A stretch of DNA of 64,000 bases from an uncultured Alphaproteobacteria bacterium (GTDB lineage: Bacteria > Pseudomonadota > Alphaproteobacteria > Methylaequorales > Methylaequoraceae), in assembly GCA_902579395.1 (NCBI GenBank), contig CACHGK010000002.1, forward strand, positions 89,694 through 153,693, in the 5' to 3' direction. The notes under the pieces were generated by a model. The model was not told the origin of the DNA, made no database searches, and saw only the letters and a list, made by a program, of their open reading frames with translations. Shown piece by piece: positions 47,483 through 56,327 of this stretch; position 1 is the first letter of the stretch; every line of letters begins with the position of its first letter. The translations under genes and the position numbers were made by a program.

Positions 47483-48325
47483 AAAAAAACTCTAGAATTA
47501 GCTATTGAACTCCTAAGGCAACTTAATGCGTTTGATTTATCTAGTTATGTCCCAGTGACTTTTAAAAAAAAAAAAATAGGCTGGATAAATACCTATAATG
47601 AACATGATTTACCATTTTCATTGAGATCAGAATCTAACATTGATATTGAAAAATTAATTAACATAACACATAAAAATGGTTGTGAAGAAAATCCAGAATT
47701 GTGTCCAATATTTAATTATGAATCTTTAAATCCAAAAATTAAATTTAATCACAACCGTATATTCTGTAAATCTAAAATTTTTGATATTGAACGAAAACTT
47801 TTATCAAAATATGGATTACCAGCCTACGGTGTTCACTGCAATGTTTGGAGCAAAACCGGTAAGTCTATTCTTATTCATTTAGCTAAGAGATCAAAAAATC
47901 TAAAAAAATTTCCTGGAATGTATGACAATTTAATAGCTGGTGGTCAACCAGTAGACATCTCAATTAAGGATAATCTTTATAAAGAAGCATTTGAAGAAGC
48001 TGGACTGGGGTCTAACCAAATGTGTTCGATGGAAAGGAGTAAAACTGTTCACTACATTCATAATGAAAACAAAAAATTGAATTCATCAGTTATTTTTATC
48101 TATCAATTAGAGAAGACAGAAAAAATGTATTTTAAGAATATGGACGGCGAAGTTGAAGATTTTGTTTCAATTGAAATAGATAATTTATATCAAATACTTG
48201 AACAAAAAAAATTAAAACCAAATTGCATTATTCCAATTATCGATTTTTTTATTCTAAAAAAAAGTGATTTTATATCTAAAAAAGCTATGCTTGAAATCAC
48301 CAAACTTATGAAAGCTTATGACTGA
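47475..48325 (+). CDS. Nudix hydrolase with DUF4743-like N-terminus; 5' end interrupted by a frameshift in an A9 tract (track ORF starts at 47555)
   Basis: YGVHCN, FPGMYDNLIAGGQP...KEAFEEAGL, DGEVEDF, KPNC. Main frame is open upstream as TLELAIELLRQLNAFDLSSYVPV, but ATG 47475 is in another frame. Confidence 0.8.
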
Positions 48326-48974
48326 TTTTAAAAACATACCCTTAATTAAACCTCAAAATAACTTAGATATAAAAAATGCAATTATTTTTTTGCATGGCTA
48401 CGGAGCCAATGGAAAAGATTTGATAAATATAGGTCATGAATGGAAAGAAAAACATCCACACACGGTATTTATCTCTCCGAATGCTCCATTTAATTGTGAC
48501 TGGGGAGGAGATGCTTATCAGTGGTTTGACTTAACATCAATTGCTCCAGAAAAAATTGGTGAAGGACTTGAAAAAGCAGGTCCAATTTTAAATAAGTACA
48601 TTGAAGACGTAAAATTGAAATTTTCTTTAAAAGACGATGAAATCATTTTTTTTGGATTTTCACAGGGTGCAATGATGGGGTTATATCATTTATGTAAAAG
48701 AGAAAATAAGTGCGCTGGTCTCCTTGCTTACTCTGGATTATTGTATGAAAATAAAGACTTTGAAGGTCAGATAAAGGCTAGATTTCCTATTAGAATCTTC
48801 CATGGAAGAGATGATGAAGTAATCGACCATCAATACTCTCTTAAATCATATGAAAAACTAAAATCACTTGGATTTGATGTTGAGCTTAAAATCCAAGACT
48901 ATCTTGGACATGGGATTAATCATGAAGGTTTAAATTTTGGATTAAACTTTGTTAATAAAATTTTTAACATTTAA
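48318..48974 (+). CDS. Phospholipase/carboxylesterase (alpha/beta hydrolase)
   Basis: FLHGYGANG, GFSQG nucleophile, HGRDDEVI, GHGI. Confidence 0.9.
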   Translation: MTDFKNIPLIKPQNNLDIKNAIIFLHGYGANGKDLINIGHEWKEKHPHTVFISPNAPFNCDWGGDAYQWFDLTSIAPEKIGEGLEKAGPILNKYIEDVKLKFSLKDDEIIFFGFSQGAMMGLYHLCKRENKCAGLLAYSGLLYENKDFEGQIKARFPIRIFHGRDDEVIDHQYSLKSYEKLKSLGFDVELKIQDYLGHGINHEGLNFGLNFVNKIFNI

Positions 48975-49014
48975 ATTTTTTATAATTGCACAATATATAT
49001 GTTAAGGTGTTTTT

Positions 49015-49575
49015 ATGAGTTTAGCTTCAAATAACTGTCCAGCACTTGTTTTAAATGCTGACTATCAACCTCTAAGTTATTTTCCTTTGTCCACCTGGTC
49101 ATGGAAAGATGCTCTTAAAGCGGTATTTTTAGAGAGAGTCAATGTTGTTTCCGAGTATAATCAGGTAGTGAGATCGCCATCAATTGAGATAAAGCTTCCC
49201 AGTGTAGTTTCTTTAAAAGATTATATCCCTTTACCTGAAAAGGCCGCCTTTACAAGATTTAATGTTTTCTTAAGAGATAAATTTATTTGTCAGTATTGTC
49301 ATAACAGTTTTAAAGTAGAGGAATTGACATTTGATCATGTAACCCCTAAATCCAAAGGCGGAAAAACTTCATGGGAAAATGTAGTTACTGCTTGCAGAAA
49401 GTGTAACACACATAAAGGAAATAAATCACTTAAAAAGATTGGTTTAATTCTTAAAAAAAAACCTCATTCACCCAATAATTTTGAACTTAAAGAAATTGGA
49501 AGAATGTTTCCCCCTAATTTTCTTCACAAGAGTTGGAATGACTATCTTTACTGGGATTCCGAACTGGAACCTTAA
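49015..49575 (+). CDS. HNH endonuclease family protein
   Basis: LVLNADYQPL, RDKFICQYC, TFDHVTPKSKGG, WENVVTACRKCN. Confidence 0.9.
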   Translation: MSLASNNCPALVLNADYQPLSYFPLSTWSWKDALKAVFLERVNVVSEYNQVVRSPSIEIKLPSVVSLKDYIPLPEKAAFTRFNVFLRDKFICQYCHNSFKVEELTFDHVTPKSKGGKTSWENVVTACRKCNTHKGNKSLKKIGLILKKKPHSPNNFELKEIGRMFPPNFLHKSWNDYLYWDSELEP

Positions 49576-49576
49576 A

Positions 49577-50101
49577 TCAATACTTTTTCGAAACTTTGAT
49601 TGCAAATTTCGTTAGTTCTCTTGTAAATCTTTTGAATAATTTTACTCCACTTTGCCTCATGTTTGAATTTTCAGCAAAATGTCTGTGATCATCTTCATCT
49701 GCACGAAATTTTTTAATTTTCTTTAAAAGTTTATTTTCTACACCTTTTTGCTCAAGAAACTTAATTTGTTCCTCATAGTGTTCAACTATAACTTCTTCTA
49801 CAGCTTCTGTGCATGCATGAACATATTTTTCTCCTATTATTGACGTAAACACTCCTAAAAAATAACCTCCATAATGCCAGACTGGACTAAGCAGAGTTGG
49901 TCTAGTTCTTCTATTGATCATTTCCTCATTAAAAAATTCATAATGTTCGTATTCTTCTTTTATAATTCTTTTTAATTCTTTTTTTAGATCATCTTTTTTG
50001 CAAAACTTTATTTGACCTGAATAAATTCTTTGGGCTCCATATTCCCCTGCATGATTTACCCTAATGATCTCATCTATTTTCTTTTTAATGACTTTTTCCA
50101 T
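49577..50101 (-). CDS. coq7: Demethoxyubiquinone hydroxylase (di-iron)
   Basis: RVNHAGEYGAQRIY, EEYEH, TEAVEEVIVEHY, DEDDH. Confidence 0.92.
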   Translation of the reverse strand: MEKVIKKKIDEIIRVNHAGEYGAQRIYSGQIKFCKKDDLKKELKRIIKEEYEHYEFFNEEMINRRTRPTLLSPVWHYGGYFLGVFTSIIGEKYVHACTEAVEEVIVEHYEEQIKFLEQKGVENKLLKKIKKFRADEDDHRHFAENSNMRQSGVKLFKRFTRELTKFAIKVSKKY

Positions 50102-50600
50102 AATTCTTTAAAATAAATATGCTTAATATTATAAATCCTATTGAAATGATCAAGTTAAGATTAGCAAGTGATAAACCATAAATAGAAAATGATATTTCGT
50201 CACATTTTGTAATTGGAACCTCCTCAAGGAAATTTCTAAGATCTTCGATATTTTCAAAGTCTGTGTTTGTTGAAGTACAACCAATATCATAGCTTATAAG
50301 CTTCCTCTCAACTAAACTATGAAACCCTGAAATAAAAATACTAGAGGTTAAAATAATAATAGAAAAATAAACTAACTTTCTTGCTGGCCCTCTTAAAAAC
50401 GAAAAAAATGATAACAAAATTAAAAAAAAATAAGGAATGCGTTGGTAAATACATAACTTACATGGCGGATGATTAAAAAAATATTCAAGTATATAAGCAG
50501 ACAACAAAGTAAAAAATGACAAGAGGAATAGTAGTATGAAATAATTATTCATATTTAAACTACTAAAATATATTTTTGTATCTTTTAACATAAATTCCAA
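50085..50600 (-). CDS. dsbB: Disulfide bond formation protein B family (start may be ATG 50552)
   Basis: PCKLCIYQR, second Cys pair, GLSLA, four TM segments. Confidence 0.85.
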   Translation of the reverse strand: MEFMLKDTKIYFSSLNMNNYFILLFLLSFFTLLSAYILEYFFNHPPCKLCIYQRIPYFFLILLSFFSFLRGPARKLVYFSIIILTSSIFISGFHSLVERKLISYDIGCTSTNTDFENIEDLRNFLEEVPITKCDEISFSIYGLSLANLNLIISIGFIILSIFILKNYGKSH

Positions 50601-50656
50601 ATCATTCTTTTACTATTTTGTTGATTAAATTAAAATTAAAATTGTAAACTCCTGAC

Positions 50657-51376
50657 ATGATAAAAAATTTCAAAGATAGATATATTAAAAACTTATTCTT
50701 CTATCATATTTACAGATATTTCAAATATAAAATCAACTATTTTAGATCATATGGTGCCACAGGAGAGGACGTTCTAATAAATAAGATTTTTAAAAACAAA
50801 ATAGGTCTTTATATAGATATTGGTGCTCTTCACCCTATAAATGGTTCACTAACATACAATTTATACAACAAAGGTTGGCGAGGTTTCAATTTTGATATTG
50901 TTGAAAAAAATATCAAATTATTCAATATTTTTAGAAAAAGAGATAAATCAATAAATATAGCCTTATCTTCAAAATCTGGTTTTATCAATTCATATATTTT
51001 TGATTCTGGTTCTGGTTTAAATACGTTAGAACAAAAATGGGCTGACAAATGGTCTGGCATTCTAAATAAAAAATACAAAATTCACAAAATTAAGAAAACC
51101 TCACTGAATCAAGCCATAAAGAAATATAAAATACCAAAAAATATTGAGTTACTAAATATCGATGTTGAAGGTCATGAGATAGATGTTTTGAAAGGAATAA
51201 ATTTTAAATTATTTAGACCAAAAATAATTACGATAGAGATACATGTTGGGAGCACTGAAGAAATTTTTAACACACAAGTTTATAAAGCTTTAAAGAAAGC
51301 AAATTACAAATTAATCTCTCAATATTATCATACTTCTTTTTTTAAAGCTGATGAATTTTTAATTAAAGGTCTTTAA
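50657..51376 (+). CDS. FkbM-family methyltransferase
   Basis: YIDIGALHP, KGWRG, LLNIDVEGHEIDVLKG, RPKIITIE. Confidence 0.85.
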   Translation: MIKNFKDRYIKNLFFYHIYRYFKYKINYFRSYGATGEDVLINKIFKNKIGLYIDIGALHPINGSLTYNLYNKGWRGFNFDIVEKNIKLFNIFRKRDKSINIALSSKSGFINSYIFDSGSGLNTLEQKWADKWSGILNKKYKIHKIKKTSLNQAIKKYKIPKNIELLNIDVEGHEIDVLKGINFKLFRPKIITIEIHVGSTEEIFNTQVYKALKKANYKLISQYYHTSFFKADEFLIKGL

Positions 51377-51418
51377 AAACAATTCTAAAACTATAAATTG
51401 ATCCTATAAAGTTCTAAT

Positions 51419-51505
51419 GCCCCTATGGCGGAATTGGTAGACGCGACGGATTCAAAATCCGTTGAACTTCGGTTCATGTCCGTTCGAGTCGGACTAGGGG
51501 TACCA
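51419..51505 (+). tRNA. tRNA-Leu (anticodon CAA), 87 nt, CCA encoded
   Basis: Acceptor GCCCCTA/TAGGGGT + ACCA; D-arm GGCGGAATTGGTAGACGC; anticodon arm ACGGA-TTCAAAA-TCCGT; long variable arm TGAAC-TTCG-GTTCA; T-arm GTCCG-TTCGAGT-CGGAC. Confidence 0.97.
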
Positions 51506-51577
51506 TCTAAACTCAATGTAGGTAAGGGTTTTAGACTATACATATCGTTTTGAAAACAAACATTGAACCTAACAAAA

Positions 51578-51602
51578 TGTTTGATAGTGTTTGATACTAA
51601 TG
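51578..51602 (+). repeat. Tandem TGTTTGATA repeats, left end of cassette 1 (putative integrase arm-type sites)
   Basis: TGTTTGATA at 51578-51586 and TGTTTGATACTAATG at 51588-51602; same motif recurs at 53183-53207 and 56369-56376. Confidence 0.65.
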
Positions 51603-51707
51603 ACTCGCACAGACTACACAAGAATTTCACAAGGTTTATCAATTTATAAACAAGCGAGAAGTCTCCACTGGTTTGCTCACATGCCACGTTATTATTTCTT
51701 AAATTAA
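51600..51707 (+). pseudogene. Probable N-terminal remnant of a tyrosine integrase (35 codons)
   Basis: MTRTDYTRISQGLSIYKQARSLHWFAHMPRYYFLN*: GL-x-IY-x4-S-x2-W pattern resembles arm-binding beta-sheet N-termini; sits where an integrase gene is expected. Not verified by search. Confidence 0.5.
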
Positions 51708-51739
51708 ATTATTTGGCATATAATTTGCTGATTTTATAA

Positions 51740-52972
51740 ATGAATCAGTTAAGCCCAGAATCATTTGAAAAATTTAAATGTATTGGATCAAGCTGCCCAC
51801 AATCTTGTTGCGTTGGCTGGAAAATACTCATAGATGAAAATACATATGATAAATATAATAACTCTGAAGATAAGAAAATTAAATCTGTTGCAAATAAGTA
51901 TATAAAAAGACTTGAAAATACTAACGACTTTATTGCTGAAATTTCTTTAAAAGATAATTCTTGTCCTTTTTTAGGAGCTGACAAATTATGTGAAGTCCAA
52001 AAAAAATATGGTCATGATTATTTATCTCCTTCCTGCTCTAACTATCCAAGAAAATCAATAAATTTTGGTACCAAAAAATTAAAAACTTTAGATTTATCAT
52101 GTCCAGAGGCAGCTAGGTTAGTCTTATTTGATAAAAATCCTTTAAATCTTTATGAGGATAGAATCTATAAAACTAAGCTTCCTATTAGAATTAATAGTAA
52201 AAAGGAATTAGATAATTACAAAATAGTTGGTGAAAAAATTTTTAATCTTTCTTTATCATTATTAAATGATAATAAAGTTTCTACTCCTGTTGCATTATGC
52301 GTTACTAAGAAATTAATGGAGGAACAAAAGAATTTAGAATATTTTCCTGGTAAACTTGATGATATTTATAACTATTTTTTAAAAATTTTCTTAGAGAATA
52401 ATTTTTTAGATTTTGACACCACTTCCATAAAAATTAATTTTTTTCGAGATCTATATGAATATCGTAATAAACAATTATTTGATAAAAAAAATACCAAAAA
52501 AATTGGGATATCTGAGAAGTTTACAAATGAATGGAATCTTGCGTATGAAAATTTAATTAATAAATTCAATAGCTCTAAAAAAAGATTTGAAAATTTAAAA
52601 GAAATAGAAAAGCTTTATTACATTGAGTTAAATAAAGAAAAAGTGAATTTTATAAATAATTACCTCATCAATGAATTCCTTGGTAATTCAAGCATGTTTT
52701 ATTTCAAAGTTGCTTATATTGAAAAAAGGATAGAAATAATTTTATTAGTTGCTGTAATAGCTAAATTTTTAATTTTGGGAAAGTTATCAGAAGATAAATA
52801 TATTTCTCAAGATGAAATCACAAAGGCATTTTATCTTGCTAAAAGAAATATTCGTTTTTTTACTAACTTTAGACCAAATACAGAATATAAGTTTAGAGAT
52901 GAAATAGAGACAATTTTAAAGAAAATAGATAACAATGATCTTTTTAACTCATTGTTGTTCTTATTTATTTGA
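51740..52972 (+). CDS. fliB: FliB-like flagellin lysine-N-methylase (Cys-rich, putative Fe-S)
   Basis: FKCIGSSCPQSCCVGWKILID, CPFL-x4-LCEVQ-x2-YG-x2-YLS-x2-C-x2-YPR, LSCPEAARL. Confidence 0.8.
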   Translation: MNQLSPESFEKFKCIGSSCPQSCCVGWKILIDENTYDKYNNSEDKKIKSVANKYIKRLENTNDFIAEISLKDNSCPFLGADKLCEVQKKYGHDYLSPSCSNYPRKSINFGTKKLKTLDLSCPEAARLVLFDKNPLNLYEDRIYKTKLPIRINSKKELDNYKIVGEKIFNLSLSLLNDNKVSTPVALCVTKKLMEEQKNLEYFPGKLDDIYNYFLKIFLENNFLDFDTTSIKINFFRDLYEYRNKQLFDKKNTKKIGISEKFTNEWNLAYENLINKFNSSKKRFENLKEIEKLYYIELNKEKVNFINNYLINEFLGNSSMFYFKVAYIEKRIEIILLVAVIAKFLILGKLSEDKYISQDEITKAFYLAKRNIRFFTNFRPNTEYKFRDEIETILKKIDNNDLFNSLLFLFI

Positions 52973-53139
52973 ATGTAATTTTTTCTTATACGCTTGAGAT
53001 GCAATTAAACTTAATAATAAGTAATAGCTACCTTGCCACCATCCTAGCCAGAAAGAAAAGTAATTCCTAATCTATAACAACTCAATTAACTCTACTTAAA
53101 GATACAACCCTACCCCCCCTTGATTTTTAAGGTGATTGA

Positions 53140-53207
53140 TTTAACATTCATAGGGATATTTTTAGAGATTTTGAAAAAAAAAGTTTGATACTAATGTTTG
53201 ATACTAA
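53140..53207 (+). repeat. Conserved cassette right-end block plus tandem GTTTGATACTAA(T) repeats
   Basis: 53140-53190 aligns with 56328-56376 (6 mismatches and a 2-nt A-tract gap by manual alignment); GTTTGATACTAAT 53183-53195 and GTTTGATACTAA 53196-53207. Confidence 0.85.
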
Positions 53208-53223
53208 AATTTATTTGTATTTA

Positions 53224-53236
53224 AATCAATGACTTA
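53224..53236 (+). promoter_or_regulatory. IHF-binding consensus site between arm repeats and att core
   Basis: AATCAATGACTTA matches WATCAANNNNTTR exactly; 15 nt before the tRNA-fragment repeat. Confidence 0.55.
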
Positions 53237-53251
53237 CAACCAAACGCAACT

Positions 53252-53308
53252 GATTCAAAATCCGTTGAACTTCGGTTCATGTCCGTTCGAGTCGGACTAG
53301 GGGTACCA
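53252..53308 (+). repeat. tRNA-Leu 3' fragment copy 2 (attR-like), 57 bp
   Basis: Identical to 51449-51505 (GATTCAAAATCC...GGGGTACCA). Confidence 0.97.
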
Positions 53309-53331
53309 AAAACGAAAAAATTTATTAAATT

Positions 53332-54300
53332 TTACAAGGTTAATAATTTTTCATAAATTTTTCTACTTCTTCTATATAGCTCTTTATCGAAGTGAGATAT
53401 ATTTGTAGTATGAGAAATTTTAAAAAAATCATTTTTATAATAATATCTAAGATCTAGTTTTTTAAATATTTTTTTCCACATGATTTTAGAATTTAATTTT
53501 TCATAATTTATAAAAATAACATGTTTTTTTTCTTCATAATCTTTTAATACTTTACTGTAAAACAAAAACCATTGTTCTAACCAATAATTGATTGAATCAA
53601 ATTTTTTATAACTTTTAGAAAATGACCATGGTTTATGATCTAACCCAAACTCATAATGACCTAGCCAATTCATATATCTTCTTACAAATAAATCTTCAGT
53701 TTGAATTTTACTAAACTTTTTATGAATCTTTAATAGGGATAAAGAAGTTTGCAGAGGCTCCCTAAAAATAAATAAGAAAGATGCTTTGGGAAAAATACTA
53801 TGAATTTTATTAATTCTATTATAATTGTAGTTGTTTTTACTTAGATATCTTTTCTTAGTATTCTTAAGTAAAATTAAACTGATATAGCTTTCAAATTCGA
53901 TAATACTTTGTTCATTAGAAAATGTCTTCCAGAAAACTTCTTCCAAAGCTTCAGGTGAAGAAAAACTGTATTTGATACCATCATTATGTTTTCTTTCTAA
54001 TGAAATTTCTTTTTTTTTTATTTTTGAGGTACAAAATGACCAAATATTTGGACTTAAAACAAATGGCATATCATTGAAAGTTGATGAAGCAAATTGAGCA
54101 CTAGCATAAATATAATTTAAAATAATAGTAGTACCTGATCTTGGCAAACCCGTTATAAAAACATGTCTTCTATCATCACAATATTTATTTGATGATCTCA
54201 AGAATAATTCTTTTTCTATTTTAAAAGAGTAATACCTCAAGAATTTATTCGAAAGAATAAAACTATGAAGTTTTCTCTCTAAAAATTTATAGTTATGCAT
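53332..54300 (-). CDS. PAPS-dependent sulfotransferase family protein
   Basis: VFITGLPRSGTT 5'-PSB loop, FIFREPLQTSLS 3'-PB motif, INYEKL. Confidence 0.85.
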   Translation of the reverse strand: MHNYKFLERKLHSFILSNKFLRYYSFKIEKELFLRSSNKYCDDRRHVFITGLPRSGTTIILNYIYASAQFASSTFNDMPFVLSPNIWSFCTSKIKKKEISLERKHNDGIKYSFSSPEALEEVFWKTFSNEQSIIEFESYISLILLKNTKKRYLSKNNYNYNRINKIHSIFPKASFLFIFREPLQTSLSLLKIHKKFSKIQTEDLFVRRYMNWLGHYEFGLDHKPWSFSKSYKKFDSINYWLEQWFLFYSKVLKDYEEKKHVIFINYEKLNSKIMWKKIFKKLDLRYYYKNDFFKISHTTNISHFDKELYRRSRKIYEKLLTL

Positions 54301-54646
54301 TTTTAAATATTTTTAATAAGATTATTGATACTATGATTGCTATTATTAAGCCTTTAAAAGAAAAAACAATAATTTCTATTTCTGGTTTAATAAAAATCAT
54401 TATTAAATAAATTACCATTAAAATAAAAAGAACCAAAATTTGATATGTTGATTTTTTGAAAAGTTCTGAGCAAAGGCCAATTATTAATTTCTCCTTTTTT
54501 TTCTCTTCAAAACCTTTATTCAGAATGACCCTTTTTAGTGATAATATTAAATTATAATTATCTTTCAGTGATTCAAAAAAATTTGATTTTTTTATAATAA
54601 ATATAATTGTTGTTATAAATATTACATAAATTATGTAATTTAGCAT
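54293..54646 (-). CDS. Hypothetical membrane protein (about 3 TM)
   Basis: Hydrophobic segments; overlaps the sulfotransferase start, consistent with an operon. Confidence 0.65.
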   Translation of the reverse strand: MLNYIIYVIFITTIIFIIKKSNFFESLKDNYNLILSLKRVILNKGFEEKKKEKLIIGLCSELFKKSTYQILVLFILMVIYLIMIFIKPEIEIIVFSFKGLIIAIIVSIILLKIFKNA

Positions 54647-54676
54647 TTTACTTATACAGATAAATAAATAAAAAAA

Positions 54677-54859
54677 TCATTTCTTTTTATTTTTTAAAAA
54701 TCTTTTAATTGGAAAATATAGGATCGCTATTAATCCTATGAAAAAAGCTAATATTATCCCTGCTATAGAGGCTATTAATCCTCCTGCCATTCCAGGCCCA
54801 ATATAAGCATTCGTAAAAAAAGGTATTAAAACATTTAAAAAAAAAATTAATTTGTACAT
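54677..54859 (-). CDS. Small membrane protein with AYIGPG motif
   Basis: 60 aa: signal-like segment, AYIGPGMAGG, TM helix, basic tail; overlaps the upstream gene's stop. Confidence 0.7.
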   Translation of the reverse strand: MYKLIFFLNVLIPFFTNAYIGPGMAGGLIASIAGIILAFFIGLIAILYFPIKRFLKNKKK

Positions 54860-56241
54860 GATTTTGATTTTATTAATTTTATTTGATTTCTCAGTTTATT
54901 ATTCATTTTTAAAACTCTTGAAAAACCTAATCCATAATTAGTACCATTTTTTGCCTTATTTACATATTCAAGGGTTAATTCTCCATTTTTATCAAAAAAT
55001 AGTAGCCTTCCAGATTGAGTTTCTTCAATAAATAAACTTCCATCATCTAAGATTTCGGATAGACCTGCAACACTTGTTCTAACGTTATTTTCATTAATAC
55101 CCTTTGAAAATTTTTTGTTAAACTTTTTAGTTTCAAAATTATAAATTAGAATTTCGATATTTCCAATATCTGGATCGCCTAAAAAATGTATTCTTGCATT
55201 ATTAATTCTCTCTCCTTTATAGAAATAAATATTATTATTAAAAATTGAAATTTCTTTATCTGAAATAATGTCAACATCATGTTGATTTGAAAATGGACCA
55301 GTAATAGAGCTAATGATTTTATTAGTTGAAGGCCTATATAAAATAATCATATTTTGTGATCTTAAACTTAAAAATAAATCTCCTTTTTTCCAATATTTAC
55401 CATTCTGCTCAACTGGTTGTATATCGTTTAGATGAATTGGGTCTCCATGAAATACATAATTAGAAAAAACTAGATGCTCTAATTTATTATCTAGTAAGAT
55501 TTGTGATACGGATTTTTGATATAATATTTTCCCTTCTTTAGAAACTTTCGTTATTGCATCATCAAAAAAATCACCATACTTATTTCCTACTTTTTTTTCG
55601 TCCAGTGAATAAGGAAATATTCTTGAGGGTACCCAGTAGTTTTCATTAGAATCTACTTCATTAGAATGATGAAAATGATCTATATCATTTATCCATTTTA
55701 ATTTATTACATGCATCAATTTTAATCAATGCCGATCCATTTGCGTGAAAGAGTAAACCACCATCACTCGTAATCAGAGGTGAATGTATTTTAAATCTATT
55801 TTCATGAAGATCTCTTTCTAAAAGTAAATACTCCTCTCTTTTCTGATCAATCAGACTATTTATATATTTTATATCAGGATTCCATCTTTGGATTACTTTT
55901 TGATCCTCTAGATTAATAAGTTCAACTACACTTTCACTAATATTACCATCATATCTTGAAAGTAATAAAAAATAATTCTTCTGTTTAAAAGAACCAACAA
56001 AACCATCTTTATCTTTAAATCTTTTACCCACTCCTAGGTCAACTCCAGGATCTTTAGCAACATGTAAAATTTTTTTTATATTCATTGGAATCTCAGCAAG
56101 AAAAACTGCAAACTTTGAAATAGGACCGAGCTTCACAGTGCCTACTAATTCTTGTCTGACTAAAACACCAAAAAAAATTGCAAATAAAATTGAACAAAGT
56201 ATTGCAAGATATAAAATCCAAATCTCTATTTTTTTAAACAT
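54847..56241 (-). CDS. Arylsulfotransferase (ASST)-like beta-propeller protein, membrane-anchored
   Basis: HFHHSNE, DPIHLNDIQP, LFLSLRS, NQHDVD, ISIFNN motifs; N-terminal TM. Confidence 0.78.
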   Translation of the reverse strand: MFKKIEIWILYLAILCSILFAIFFGVLVRQELVGTVKLGPISKFAVFLAEIPMNIKKILHVAKDPGVDLGVGKRFKDKDGFVGSFKQKNYFLLLSRYDGNISESVVELINLEDQKVIQRWNPDIKYINSLIDQKREEYLLLERDLHENRFKIHSPLITSDGGLLFHANGSALIKIDACNKLKWINDIDHFHHSNEVDSNENYWVPSRIFPYSLDEKKVGNKYGDFFDDAITKVSKEGKILYQKSVSQILLDNKLEHLVFSNYVFHGDPIHLNDIQPVEQNGKYWKKGDLFLSLRSQNMIILYRPSTNKIISSITGPFSNQHDVDIISDKEISIFNNNIYFYKGERINNARIHFLGDPDIGNIEILIYNFETKKFNKKFSKGINENNVRTSVAGLSEILDDGSLFIEETQSGRLLFFDKNGELTLEYVNKAKNGTNYGLGFSRVLKMNNKLRNQIKLIKSKSCTN

Positions 56242-56327
56242 TTTGAATTTCCAATAATGTGTCTATTAATAATTTCCTGTTATTTTAAACTAACTTTAGT
56301 CGATAATCTACTAATAGGAATTTGAAT

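Noticed and set aside
49015-49575. HNH nuclease as a mobile or defence element
   Set aside because: Looks like the stand-alone HNH family common in alphaproteobacterial core regions; no flanking repeats, methylase or intron context seen
51391-51687. 98-aa minus-strand ORF in the track
   Set aside because: It is the antisense reading of tRNA-Leu and the att arm; no protein motif
52973-53100. Short open stretch on the minus strand after fliB (…FWLGWWQGSYYLLL…)
   Set aside because: No start codon, under 40 codons, no recognisable family; may be a gene relic but cannot be supported
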